Shown here: one piece after another, positions 23,813-36,204 of the stretch
Position numbering within the stretch: the stretch's first letter is position 1
Layout: every line of letters starts with the position of its first letter
NCBI GenBank assembly: GCA_052327205.1
Contig: JBMRGM010000035.1
Span: 13,702,001 to 13,766,000, forward strand
Reading direction: 5' to 3'
Length of the DNA stretch: 64,000 nucleotides
DNA from: Somniosus microcephalus
Lineage: Eukaryota
The notes under the pieces: model-generated
The model's database searches: none
What the model saw: only the letters and a program-made list of their open reading frames with translations
What the model was told of the DNA's origin: nothing
Position numbers and translations under genes: made by a program

Positions 23813-24839
23813 GATGGACAGTTCACCTGATCAACTGACTTCCCCTCGCTGGAAACCCCAGGTCCTGACATCGGTGCCTTGAACAGTTCAACATCATCTG
23901 GGCAAACTCCAACAATCACCACAAGGGGGAGAATGTCAGATGTGAGCAGCAACAAACAAGCTGACCTTGTTCTGTGATCCCAGTAATAATTGAACCTTCC
24001 AAAGTACACGAAGTAAGACGGAGCACATTCCCGACCTCGCTTTTGTCACCTCTGATAATAAATGAAACTTCAGAGGGAGGTGATGGCGGTGATCCCGTGC
24101 TCGCAGCAAAGACCAGTGCAAGTGACAACAGAGGCTGCAGTCCAACCCAGGACAATAAAGCACCTGCCGATATTCAGCTTCAGAAAGGTTGAGTGGGAAG
24201 GTTGTACCTCTGAATTGGACGAATCCATCTGTAATATTAATCCGACACATGAGAAATATTGAGAATCTGTCACCCTGGTGTGTTAAGATTTAACAAAATT
24301 ACATCCCAGCAGATATGGGAGATATATAAAACTGAACATTCGGGAAAAGCAATCAAAAATATCAGAGTTTGACTCAGGATAATGTGTCATATGGCAGGTT
24401 GTCAGCTTGACATGGAAAGAAGCGTCAAGGGTTAATTGGTACAGAATAAGGAAGAGGGAGAGTGTGTGGGAGAGAGAGAGAATGAGAGACGGATAGAACG
24501 AGATAGGGAGAGGCGAAAAGAGAGTCAGCGAGAGAGAGAGGGGAGACAGAGGGCGAAATAAAAATTGAGATTGAGAGGCAGAGCGAAATACGAGAACTAT
24601 ATATATCAGACAACTCTGTGCAGAAGGAAAAGCCTTTGCAAGATAAGGTAGGTGAAGTAGAAATAATTCACTGTCTTCCTGCAGAACCGACATTAGACAA
24701 GAGATTCTTAGGTGGAAATGATATGACATGATTTTAGGAGTGTATAATTTTTAAACAGTTAAGCAGCTGTGGGGCTCTCCATGGATACAGAAATATATTG
24801 TAAAGTTACTGCCCCTGAATCAGAGTTAAGAGATGTGAG

Positions 24840-24980
24840 GGGCTGTCCAGTGACTCTGAGCAGGTTGAGGTGGACCTTCTGCTTGAACCGCTGCAGTCCA
24901 TGTGGTGAAGTTGCTCCCACAGGGCCGTTAGGGCAACACTTCCAAGGTTTGGACACAGTTACTATGCAGCAAAGGTGACG
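24840..24980 (-). mobile_element. LINE 3' fragment, same family as 54090-54890
   Basis: TSPHGLQRFKQK matches PSPHGLQWFKKG at about 54780. Confidence 0.55.
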
Positions 24981-25784
24981 GGATAAATTTTCCCAATGTT
25001 AACAATATTTTGTAATGATTCAAACAGTTCAATAATTTATTTATCTAAGATATGCAGCATTATACAAACTTGCTAAAATTATTTGTCACGTTTATAATTC
25101 ACTAAACCATTAATCGATTCAACAATTGGAACTGATTTCAATGATTTATTAATTATAGTCCTGCCTTACTTAGTGTCACACTTTAAACAGTGGTGACACT
25201 TAATTAACAAATGATCTGGTTACACAATGATTGCCGTCAATTACAGTTGTCTCTATTTCCAAGTGCAATGACGGGATATGAAGAAAAGAATATCCACCAC
25301 TCCGAGAATCCAAACACCAATGTTGTCAATTAAAAATAAAAATATAATTACTGCTGTGCCTTAATATTTCTATTTCCCCAGCTCTCCGTTCCATCAGTCT
25401 CCGAGCTCACTGTCCATGCAATGTCCCGAATTTAACCCATAAACACAGAACATTATAATATCAATAAGCATATCGCAAAAGGAAGAGGGAGGATAGTTAG
25501 GGCGTGATATTCCCGGATTTTCAGAAACTGACCCGTAATCAGTAAAATAATCACCTCCGGGCAAACGCAGCAATGGACCAGACCCGCAAGGAGAGCAGTA
25601 ATACCAAGAGACACGGACTTATACAATCAATAACCGGTTACAATGGCTCACCGGGAACTCCACGGGCAACAAGGATAACTTCAGAAATCACTTATACCAG
25701 TTACACTGGAAATGGACACGCGATTAATGGAACTCCCATTGCAGAAATGACAATGAATTGGGAGCTTGACGCACAGTTACACAG

Positions 25785-26525
25785 GGACACAGGAGGAGTT
25801 CATTCAGCCCCACAAGCCTTTTCCGACATTACATTAGACCCTGGCTGATCAGCACCTTAACTCCATTTACCCTTCTTGGTTCCATATCCCTTGATACCCA
25901 TTCCATAAAAAGTTATATCCATCACAGCCTTCAAAATTTCAATTGACCGAGCATTGACGGGCTTTTGGGAAAACGAGTTCCAGAAAACACTGCCCTTTGT
26001 GTGAGAAAGTGTTTCCTGATTTACCTCCTAAATGGCATAACTCTCATTTTAAGATCATGTCCCCTCGTTCTCCACTCTCCACCAAGGAAACAGTTTCTCT
26101 ACATCAACATTATCGAATCTCTTTATCATTTTAAATAACTTGATTATATCACCGCTCAACATTCTAAATACAAGGAATACAAGCCAGATTTATCCAACCT
26201 GTCCTCACAATTTAACCCTTTTTGCCCCGGTGTAATTCAGGTGAACCTGCGCTGAACTCCCTCCAAGACGAATACATGTTTCCTGCGATGCGGTGCCCAA
26301 AACTGAACCTCCTGCTCCAGCTGGGGTCTGACCAAGGTTCGATTTAACTGAAGCATCACTTGCTCACTTTCGAATTTAAACACCCTTGAGAAAAAACCCA
26401 AAATCCCATCAACATTTATCCCTACTTTTTGTCTCCTTCCTCGCAAGCAACTACTGACCCGTCTCACAAGGTTACCTCCAATACAGTGCAATCTCACTTT
26501 TGTTAATAATTTCTGTGTGAAACCT
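25785..26525 (-). mobile_element. CR1 3' fragment, decayed
   Basis: ORF 26237-26497 reads LVRPQLEQEVQFWAPH..LEGVQRRFT. Confidence 0.75.
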
Positions 26526-27419
26526 TATCTGAAGCAGAGAAATAACTGACACTGTATTACAACTTGAGAATATGGGGATCAACATTCTATTGCATCGTGT
26601 GCTGACGATATTTACAGTTAAAATTACACCCACTGACAGGACATTGAATGAAGATAACAATTGGAGCTTTTGCTGGACATTATAAGTGCATTATGAACTC
26701 AATGAACATATCACTCAAGGAAGATGGCGGACAGGGAGGAAATTTCAATTAAATTCTGACATTGATTTGGAAAAAGCAAAACAAATTCTTCAGAAGGAAC
26801 AGAAAAGATATCGGACATGTACAAAGATCAGTGACACACATAAACCCTGATTCACAAAGTCAGTAAGTTCAGAATCAGTTAGCGGGAACACCAAATACCG
26901 CTTGTAGAACAGGAACATGGCAAACAGATATACAATACATTCCACTTTATTTATCTCTGAGAAATGATGGGGACTCTTGGTGCAGGACACCGAGCCACAA
27001 TGGACCCTGTGAGCTGTAATATTCAGAGAAAGACTTATTAATACAGGAGCGAAGCTTCCAATGGGAGCATTAGGCTGCATTGTTCCTGAGATTTGTGAGA
27101 GTCAGTGGGACAGTGAGACAACTCACTTCACTATGTCCTTACTGAGTAACATCTTTAAACAGACCTGGCAGAGTTTTAAAAACCAATAGTAGAAATATTG
27201 GAGTTTGATGCCGATCACATTTGTTGAAAAAGCAACCTGGAACTTTTAGTAGCAGCGGGTGTTGGGAACTCATTCCACTGAATGTGAGATTTCAGTTTCC
27301 CAGCTGAAGGAGAGAATTTGATTCCTTGTAATGTAGGAGTTAAAATACACCGGTTTCATACCCAGGGCTCAGTCACACTAAGCTATGAATCTGAGCTAGA
27401 GGAATGTAACACAGACACA

Positions 27420-27725
27420 GATTACAGGGCGATATGATCAAAGTGTTTAAAATGTTGCAAGGATGGGAGAAGGTAGATAGAAGCAGACTGATTCCAGCAA
27501 ATGATTGGGTCAAGAACGAGGCATCATAGATACAAGATTGAACAGAAGACATTCGGTACATTGGAAAAGGGAGCGGTAGAAACATCTTTACAAAGAGAGT
27601 TGGGAGGCGGTGGAGTTCAGTTCCAGGGTTAGTGGTTGAGGCAGAAGCTATGCTCAGTTTCAGAGTAGAGTGGATAGGTTGATGGAGGAAGAGGTAATGA
27701 AGGGATATCGGGACAGGCTGGTTAA
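27420..27725 (+). mobile_element. CR1 3' fragment, decayed
   Basis: Translates GDMIKVFKMLQGWEKVD..TRHHRYKI. Confidence 0.6.
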
Positions 27726-28793
27726 CTGTCTTTACAAATATCTTCTAACTGTAAGGATCAGAAGGGAACTAAATATAACTTGGTAGTGAGCAGCGGTTTG
27801 ACCGGGCGACCAGGCTTGCTGAGAGTTCAGCCGCTGTTATATCAACATGCAAGTGTATGATCTGAACAATAAAAGTGTCCGGTTTGTATAAAGGGACCAG
27901 AACCCGGCTTCTGATCGGTGCTCTGGGCAAATGCAGGTGATGGAAGCTGAAACGGATTTTTCAAAATGGGGACAAACCCAGGAGAGTTTCACAGAGCGGT
28001 GCTGCTTTGTTTCAACCGCTCTCTCACTGCATTGGATTCCCGGACTGAGCTGTTGGAAGGGATGTGACAGGAATGAGCTGGCTGAAGGCAGCACAATGCC
28101 CGCCTGGTGGGTGAAGAGGAGTATGAGAACAGGCTGGTGACCGGTCAGGGGAGAAGATCAGGGGGAGAGTCTGTGTCTCTGCATGGAGCACAAACCCAGC
28201 CTCGGCATGGATTGTGATCACCAGGAACAATATCCAGCACTTTGCTGGAAACAGACCGAGAAGAGTGGGAAGATTCTGATTAATGAGACTGAACAAATCC
28301 CAGTCCTGACTGTCCGGATTCCCAGGTATATATCCAGGAGCGGCCAACAGTCGATCGATCCCCAGCGGGAGTCAGAGGGGGAAAAACTGCAGCATTTTAC
28401 AACACAGTGAATGTTCAGTAAAATATAGACCTTGTCAGATATTACCGAATGTAGCCGGAAAACGTGGAGGAGAGAAAATCTGGCCGGGCATGGAAACAAT
28501 GGAATTAAAATATTCCATGGAATCACACATTGCACGAGGTCTCAGTTAAAATGGAATCATTGGAAAGGCATTAAATGCAGAAAATAACCTGCAGTTTTTA
28601 TGGGGTTTAAAGAATCTTAAAAATGCAAAAAATTATCAGTCAATGAACGAGGTACAGCGGGAAATACAGTCACTGAATTTCTGCCTTTCAATTGACTTGT
28701 GAAAAACAGTGAGAAAAGGACACTTACCGAGATAAGAGCAGAAACAGAGTTAACCCTGATTCACAACTTTAGTAATGGAAGATAATCACTTAC

Positions 28794-28860
28794 CGGGGAT
28801 TCCAATGGCTGCTATAATCGGATAGTAAATCATTACTGCCTGTACAACTGGCGGTAACAT
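28794..28860 (-). CDS. GPR139-like GPCR coding exon 1 (MLPPVVQAVMIYYPIIAAIGIP)
   Basis: ATG at 28860, 67 nt, donor G|gtaagt. The phase-1 join gives ..AAIGIPANVMTIVIL.., restoring TM1. The total of 999 nt equals 332 aa plus stop. Confidence 0.85.
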
Positions 28861-28975
28861 GGTAAATGGAAACACGCTGTACGGAACTCTCATTCTGTCT
28901 GTGAAGTGATGGTGACTCTGGCACTGGACACAGGGCTCAACTTAATCTGTGAGATGAGAGATTAAGATAAAACCA

Positions 28976-28981
28976 TTTATA
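28976..28981 (-). promoter_or_regulatory. Candidate TATA box of the GPCR gene
   Basis: TATAAA on the minus strand, about 115 bp upstream of the ATG. Confidence 0.45.
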
Positions 28982-29769
28982 ATTGAGGGACACTTCCCAT
29001 GGGATCAGGAAGCATCAGGAGTATTGACATTACTTCCAGTCATTTGGGCAGCGCGTCAACTCCCTACACTGTCATGTTTGTGCTGCACTAATTATATCCA
29101 AATTGATATTACAAATGTTTTGAAATGAAACCGCCCAAAGACTGGATTAATATTTTGCCCACATTTCTCTCTGTCAATGTACTGAAAGCCGGGCTCTGAT
29201 GGCATCGCTGCAACACCTTCAACAGAAGCAGCTTCAGCTTCCCCTCTGTGACGTCACAGGGCTCAGTCCTGTCGATGCACCAACTGAATTCCCCCAATTC
29301 TCAAACATCTTTCAGTGTTTACACCGCCCCCGGCGATCCAAACTCAGCCCTTTGAATGTGGGAGTTTAGGCTGGCAATTGAATGAGGGATTTATGTCTTT
29401 AGGACGGGAAGAGTTCGGACTTTGCACCAACACCTGGAATAAATTAAATGTGAAATCTCAGGTAGAAAGATGTAGCCATGGACACGGGCTCGGATTCACT
29501 GAAATCTATACTCTATAAAGGTTAAAGGTGATGTTAAAGCAGAGCCCTTTCAGTTTTAAGAGAGATAACCCGGGTGTAGCGCACTGTACAATATTGAAAT
29601 AGGTTGGGCCACATTTGGAGCAGAATCGCTGTGGAAATCACCATCCCCCAGGATTCTGTGGGCTGCGGTGGGGATTAGAGTTTCTGCTCAGTTCATTATT
29701 TTCTATTATTATCCCATTCCCAGTAGTTCCACTTTGATCTGTCCAGTGATATTATCGAAGGTCAGGCCG

Positions 29770-30485
29770 TGGAACACAGGTGCATTCAGACCAGGAGTAG
29801 GTCATTCAGCGTCTCGGGCCTGCTCCGCCATTCAATTTGATCATGGCTGATCTGCAGCTCAGCTCCGTTTCCCCAGCTTTGCTGCTTATCGCTTCAAATC
29901 CTCACCTTACAACAATGTATCGATCACAGCCATGAAAGCTCCAAATGATCCCGAGCATCCGCAGCTTTTTGTAGGTTAGGTTTTCAAATTCCCACCAGCC
30001 ATCGTGTGACAAAGTGCATCTTGATTTCGCTCCTGAATGACATAAATCTAATGTGAAGCTTATTGTATAGAATTACATATAATATACAGCAGAGAAACAG
30101 GCCATTCGGCCCAACTGGTCCATGCTGGTGTTACTGCTCTGCCAGTCTCCTCTCACCCCATCACCATGGCCTTCTATTCATTTCACCCTCCTGTGTTTAT
30201 CTAGCTTCCCCTTAAATACATCTGAGCAACTCGATTCAACTAATGATTGTGGAAACGAGTTCGACAATACGTCCCCTTGTTCATGATTCTTGCACCAGAC
30301 AGAATTGTTTCCTGGTATCTACCCTATTGAATCGTTAGACATTTTAAGCACCTCTTACAGGTCAGCCCTCAATCTCCTTTACTCAAGGGAATGGATGCCA
30401 TATTTTTGCAACCTGTCCTCGTAATTTAACCCTTTTGCTCAGGAAAATTTCAGGTGATTCTGCGCTCCACCCACTCCAAGGCCTA
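29770..30485 (-). mobile_element. Nested CR1/SINE 3' tail fragments
   Basis: CR1-type tails such as GGCCATTCGGCCCAAC.. and CTGCTCCGCCATTCAAT..ATCATGGCTGATCTG. Confidence 0.55.
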
Positions 30486-30639
30486 TATATAATCAGTGAG
30501 GGCATCGGGAGTCAGGGGAAGAAGGGAAGACTGGAGAATGGGGTTGGCCGGGGAGATTGTGGCCTCGTGTAAAGAGAGGGGCAATGGGAGTCGGAGGATG
30601 GGGAGAGTAGAGAATGGGAGGTCAGAGAGAGGATAATGG

Positions 30640-33440
30640 AGTCAGCCAGAGGGGGACTGAGGGTCATGACAGGGAAATGGGATCAGAGAGAGGGGGCACG
30701 AGGGTCAACAGCAGGGAAATGGGGCCAGAGAGAGGGGGAGTGGGTCAGCAGCAGATAAATGGGGTCAGAGAGAGGGGGAAGATGGTCAGCAGCAGATGAA
30801 TGGGGACAGAAAGAGCGGGAAGAGGGTCAGCAGCAGGTAAATGGGGTCAGAGTGAGGGGGGGAAAGGGTCAGCAGCAGGTAAAAGGGGTCAGAGAGAGGG
30901 GGAAGAGGGTCAGCAGTAGGTAAGTGGGGCCAGTGTGACGGGGAAGAGGATCAGCCGCAGGTAAAGGGGATCAGAGAGAGTGGAAGAGGGACAGCAGCAG
31001 GTAAATGGGGTCAGAGAGAGGGGGAGGAAGGTCAGAAGCAGGCAAATGGGGTCAGAGAGAGGGGGAAGAGGGTCATCAGCAGGTAAATGGGGTCAGAGAG
31101 AGGAGGGAGGAAGGTCAGCAGCAGGTAAATGGGGTCAGAGCGAGGAGGAGGAAGGTCAGAAGCAGGTGAATGGGGTCAGAGAGAGGGGGAAGAGGGTCAG
31201 CAGCAGGTGAATGGGGTCAGAGAGAGGGGGAAGAGGGTCGGCAGCCGGTAAATGGGGTCAGAGAGAGGGGGAAGAGGGTCAGCAGCAGGTAAATGGGGTC
31301 AGTGTGAGGGGGAAGAGGGTCAGCAGCAGGTAAATGTTGTCAGAGAGAGGGGGAAGAGGGTCAGCAGCAGGTAAAAGCGTCAGAGAGAGTGGGAAGAGGG
31401 TCAGCAGCAGGTAAATGGGGTCAGAGAGAGCGGGAAGAGGGTCAGCAGCAGGTAAATGGGGTCAGAGAGAGCGGGAAGAGGGTCAGCAGCAGGTAAATGG
31501 AGTCAAGGAGAGGGGGGAAGAGGGTCATCAGCAGGTAAATGGGGTCAGGGAGAGCGGGAAGAGGGTCAGCAGCAGGTAAATGGAGTCAAGGAGAGGGGGA
31601 AGAGGGTCAGCAGCAGGTAAATGGGGTCAGAGAGAGGGGGAAGAGGGTCAGCAGCGGGTAAATGGGGCCAGAGAGAGGAGGAAGAGGGTCAGCAGCAGAT
31701 AAATGGGGTCAGAGAGAGGGGGAAAGAGGGTCAGCAGCAGGAAAATGGGATCAGAGAGAGGGGGAAGAAGGTCAGCAGCAGGTAAATGGGTAAGAGAGAG
31801 GGGGAAGAGGGTCAACAGCAGGTAAATGGGGTGAGTGTGAGGGGGAAGAGGGTCAGCAGCAGGTAAATGGGTCAGAGAGAGTGGGAAGAGGGTCAGCAGC
31901 AGGTAAATGGGGTCAGAGAGAGTGGGAAGAGGGTCAGCAGCAGGTAAATGGGGTCAGAGAGAGCGGGAAGAGGGTCATCAGCAGGTAAATGGGGTCAGAG
32001 AGAGCGGGAAGAGGGTCAGCAGCAAGTAATTGGAGTCAAGGAGAGGGGGAAGAGGATCAGCAGCAGGCAAATGGGGTCAGAGAGAGGGGGAAGAATGCCA
32101 GCAGCAGGTAAATGTGGTCAGAGAGGGGGGAAGAGGGTCAGCAGCAGGTAAATGGGGTCAGAGAGAGCGGCAAGAGTGTCAGCAGCAGGTAAATGGGGCA
32201 GAGAGAGGGGCAAAAGCGTCAGCAGCAGTTAAAAGGGGTCAGAGAGAGAGGGGGAAGAGGGGCAGCAGCAGGTAATTGCTGTCAGACAGAGGGGGGAAGT
32301 CGACCAGCAGCAGGTAAATGGGGCAGAGAGCGGGGGGAGATGGTCAGCAGCAGGTAAATGGGGCCAAGAGATGGGGGAAGAGGGTCAGCAGAATGTAAAT
32401 GGCGTCAAAGGGAGGGGCAAGAGGATCAGCAGCAGGGAAATGGGGCCAGAGAGAGGGAGAAGAGGGTCAGCAGCAGGTAAATGGGTTCAGACAGAGGGGG
32501 AAGAGGTTCAGCAGCAGGTAAATGGGGCCAGGGAGAGGGGCAATGTGCTGAGCAGCAGGTAAATGGGGTCAGAGAGAGGGGGAAGAGGGTCAGCAGCAGG
32601 TAAATGGGGCCAGAGAGAGGGGGGAGGAGGGTCAGCAGCATTCAATTGGGGTCAGTGTGAGGGAGAAAGAGGGTCAGCAGCAGGGAAATGTGTCAGAGAG
32701 ATGTGGAGAGGGTCAGCAGCAGGTAAATGGGTCAGAGACGGGGGAAGAGGGTCAGCAGCAGGTAAATGAGGACAGTGTGAGGGTAAAGAGGGTCAGCAGC
32801 AGCAAAATGGGGTCAGTGAGAGGGGGGAGAGGGTCAGCAGTGGGGAAATCTGGTCAAAGAGAGGGGGAAGAGGATCAGCAGCAGGTTAATTGGCTCAGAG
32901 AGAGGGGGAAGAGGGTCAGCAGCAGGTAAATGGGGTCAGAGAGAGGGGGAAGAGGGTCAGCAGCAGGTAAATGGGGTCAGAGAGAGGGGGAAGAGCGTCA
33001 GCAGCAGGTAAATGGGGTCAGAGAGAGCCGGAAGAGGGACAGCAGCAGGTAAATGGGGACAGAGAGAAGGGGAAGCAGGTCAGCAGCAGGTCAAAGTGGT
33101 CAGAGAGAGGGGGAAGAGGGTCAGCAGCAGGTAAATGTGGTCAGAGAGAGGGGGAAAGAGGGTCAGCAGCAGGTAAATGGGGCCAGAGAGAGGAGGAAGA
33201 GGGTCAGCAGCAGGTAAATGGGGTCAGAGAGAGGGGGAAGAGGGTCAGCAGCAAGTAAATGGGTCAGAGAGAGGGGGAAGAGGGTCAGCAGCAGGTAAAT
33301 GGGGTCAGTGTGAGGGAGAAGAGTGTCAGCAGCAGGTAAATGGGGTCAGAGAGAGGGGGAAGAGGGTCAGCAGCAGGTAAATGGGGTCAGTGTGAGGGGG
33401 AAGAGGGTCAGCAGCAGGTAAATGTGTCAGAGAGAGGGGA
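30640..33440. repeat. 41-bp G-rich minisatellite, roughly 65-70 copies (GAGGGTCAGCAGCAGGTAAATGGGGTCAGAGAGAGGGGGAA)
   Basis: Unit counted directly. Confidence 0.97.
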
Positions 33441-33645
33441 ATCTCCAGAGGGCTGTGGATGCTCAGTCGATGACTATCTTCATGACTGAGATCGATAGAT
33501 ATCTGGGCACTAACTGAATCAAGGGATATGGAGATCGGGCAGGAAACTAAAGTTGTGCTGGAAGTTCAGCCATGATCTTACTGAATGGTGGAGCAGCCTC
33601 GAGTGGTTCTATGTCCTACTCCTGCTCCTTTTCCTTATGTTATTA
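33440..33645 (+). mobile_element. CR1 3' UTR fragment
   Basis: CCAGAGGGCTGTGGATGCTCAGTC..CAGCCATGATCTTACTGAATGGTGGAGCAG..CCTACTCCTGCTCCT. Confidence 0.65.
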
Positions 33646-33649
33646 TGAA

Positions 33650-33968
33650 ACGTGGCAGCCAGTTTGTGCACTGCAAGCTCCCACAAACGGCAATGTGACA
33701 ATGACCAGATAATCTGTTGTTTTGAGTTGATTGAGGGATAAATATTGACCAGGTCACCGGGTAACTTCCCTGCTCTTTTTCGAAGTAGTGCCATATGTGA
33801 TCTTTTACGCCCACCTGAGAGGGCAGACGGGGCTTGGGTTTAACGTCTCAGCTAAAACATGGCAACTCCGACAGTGCAGCACTCCCTCAGTGCGGCACTG
33901 CAGTGCTCAAGTCACTGAACCAATATCTTTCTGATTCAGGGTGTCACCAACTGAGCCACGGTTGACAC
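33650..33968 (-). mobile_element. Deu-domain SINE (SacSINE1/AmnSINE1-related)
   Basis: The minus strand reads GGGAGTGCTGCACTGTCGGAG..GAGACGTTAAACC..CCCGTCTGCCCTCTCAGGTGGGCGTAAAAGATC..GGCACTACTTCG, the recalled Deu core. Confidence 0.7.
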
Positions 33969-35149
33969 ACGGCCTCCCTGAAGGCCCGCATCATTGTATC
34001 AAAACGGAGCTGGAGCTTCCCGGATTGTTGGAACCGACAGGTTGCAGGAGTCCTGTTGAGCGAAAGAATCTCTCTGAGAAGAGCGGGAAGCCAATTGGGG
34101 AAATTAAAGGGAGTGGTGAATCAGTGACCTGCCAGACACCCAATCCGGGAATGACGGATTGAACCAAATATAGGAAAGAAGGAACTCTACGGGGACCTGT
34201 TCGGTAATTCTTCAACATCGTAAAACCATCCCAAGTAATTCTCCCGGTGTCCTGGTCGATATTTCCACCTTATGTTAATTTCACGGAAACTTTGACTATA
34301 AATCACACAATAGTCAGAAGAGGGCAGCGTGAATCTACATTGCAGCTGAATGTATTGTCATGTATTGTGTTTAAAGTTACCTCACACTATTTATAAAATG
34401 GGGCACACAGTTAAGATGAAGAGGGGCCGTCGGACGGTGGATTCCACCGCGGCTGCTGCTCAACAATAATTGCCTTCAGTGTGTACAGTGAGCAGAAAGG
34501 AATTGCTGCTGTTTCTTCACATTTCCCACTGCATTCATTGTCATTCTGCTTTAACAGAACCAGCTTGGATCTCCAGATATATTTAAACAATAAACCTCTG
34601 AGCTGATAGAATAATACTACAATAATATGAACATCATGTGCTTTCAATGGAGAAGTGTTTTCCACCTGCCGTGAGCAGAGAGCTTGGTGAAGACAGCGTT
34701 TGGTGAATCTGCTAAACTGAGTGGTGATGGGAAGTTGGTGAGAGTGGGACTTCGGTGCAGAGTGGGAAGGAGATGCTCAGTAATTTAAATCAAGGAACAA
34801 CAGTAAATACACAAAATAGTGTAACTAATTAGATCTAGGGATAAAATTAAAATTAACTAGGTTCAGGTTAGCAACATTAAAGGAATCTGAACTGCATTAA
34901 ATAAAAATCTGATAAACATCAAGAATTAAATAATAATTAGGATTAAGGGGTAATAAACGAATATATATATACAGAATAATAGAATAGAATCATAGACTCT
35001 TACAGCACTGAAGGGGGCCATTCGGCCCGTCTTGCCAGTGCTGGCTCTTTGAAAGAGATGCGAAATTTGAACCTAGACCCCAGCGTTTTACTAATAACCC
35101 TGGAAATTAGTTCACTTCAAATACATGTCCAATTGTAATCAAGATCAAG

Positions 35150-35970
35150 TGGCAGCTGAGACCCGTTGCCTGCAATTCTTGTGGCATTTAGCAGCTCCAG
35201 AAAGTTTCCCGTGTCCTGGACAACCACGTGTGCAGGAAGAGCCTCCAGTTGCTCGAGCTCAGGTTTTCTGAGATGGAGGAGCGGCGGGAGTCACTGCTGG
35301 GCATTCGGGAGGCTGGCAATTCCCCGCAGAAAAAACTGCAGGAGGTGGTAATCCCGCAGCTACAGAGAGTTCAGGTGAGGAGTAAGTGGGTGGCCAGCCG
35401 GCAGGTTAGGAAGAGGCAGGCCCTGCAGGAATATACCGCGAATCTGGCACTCTCAACCCGGTTTTCGATGCTGATACCGGTGACGGTGACAACACCTCGG
35501 GGAGTGCATCCTAGAGCAAAGAGTTTGGTGAAGGGAGAGTTGGGTGAATCTGCTAAACGGCTTCGTGGGGCAAATGGCTGCACAGGGGCGTAGCAAAGCG
35601 AACACATTCAGTAGCCCTTTGGGATTCGATATTCAGGGGGGATAGACAGGCGTTATAGCATCAGTCGTCGTGATTCTCGCAGAGTGTGTTGCCTCCCTGA
35701 TGCCAGGGTGATGGACATCACTGGTAGGGTGCATAACATTTTGCGAGGGACTATTGAAATGCCAGCAGCCATGATCCATGTTGGATCCAATGACGGTGAT
35801 AGGAAACGGGCTGTGGTCCTACAGACAGATTTTCCAGAGCAAGGGAGGAAGTTAAACTGCAGGACCAAAAAAGGTAGTAATCTCTGGATTACTCCAAGTG
35901 TCACGTCCTGGAGTGTATAGGAGAAGTAAGATAAGACAAGTTAAAGTGTGGCTGGAGAACTGGTGCTGAT
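35150..35970 (+). mobile_element. CR1 ORF1 relic (Cys-rich, coiled coil, esterase)
   Basis: CRKSLQLLELRFSEME and CCLPDARVMDIT..MIHVGSNDG parallel the CR1 ORF1 at 38886-39314. Confidence 0.7.
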
Positions 35971-36204
35971 GGGATCTGTAACACGTTCTGATTGTCTGAC
36001 AGTTTATAGAGTTCAGACCAGTGTAACAGCCAACACAAAACCCAATGAATCTGTGAAACTTCTATTACTTAAAAATCCACAAGAAGTTACAAGTAATTAC
36101 CAGAATACAAGCTGTACTCAATACATGTAATTATCACAAGCAAGTATCTAAAATCATTTACTTTAAGCTCAGGTGATTATAAGCAAAACCACATACGTAC
36201 AACA

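Noticed and set aside
27885-28410. TATA-like GTATAAAG followed by short ORFs inside the GPCR intron
   Set aside because: No recognisable protein motif or splice structure.
30640-33440. Immunoglobulin switch-region-like G-rich repeat
   Set aside because: It lacks AGCT hotspots, and no convincing Ig constant exons lie downstream.
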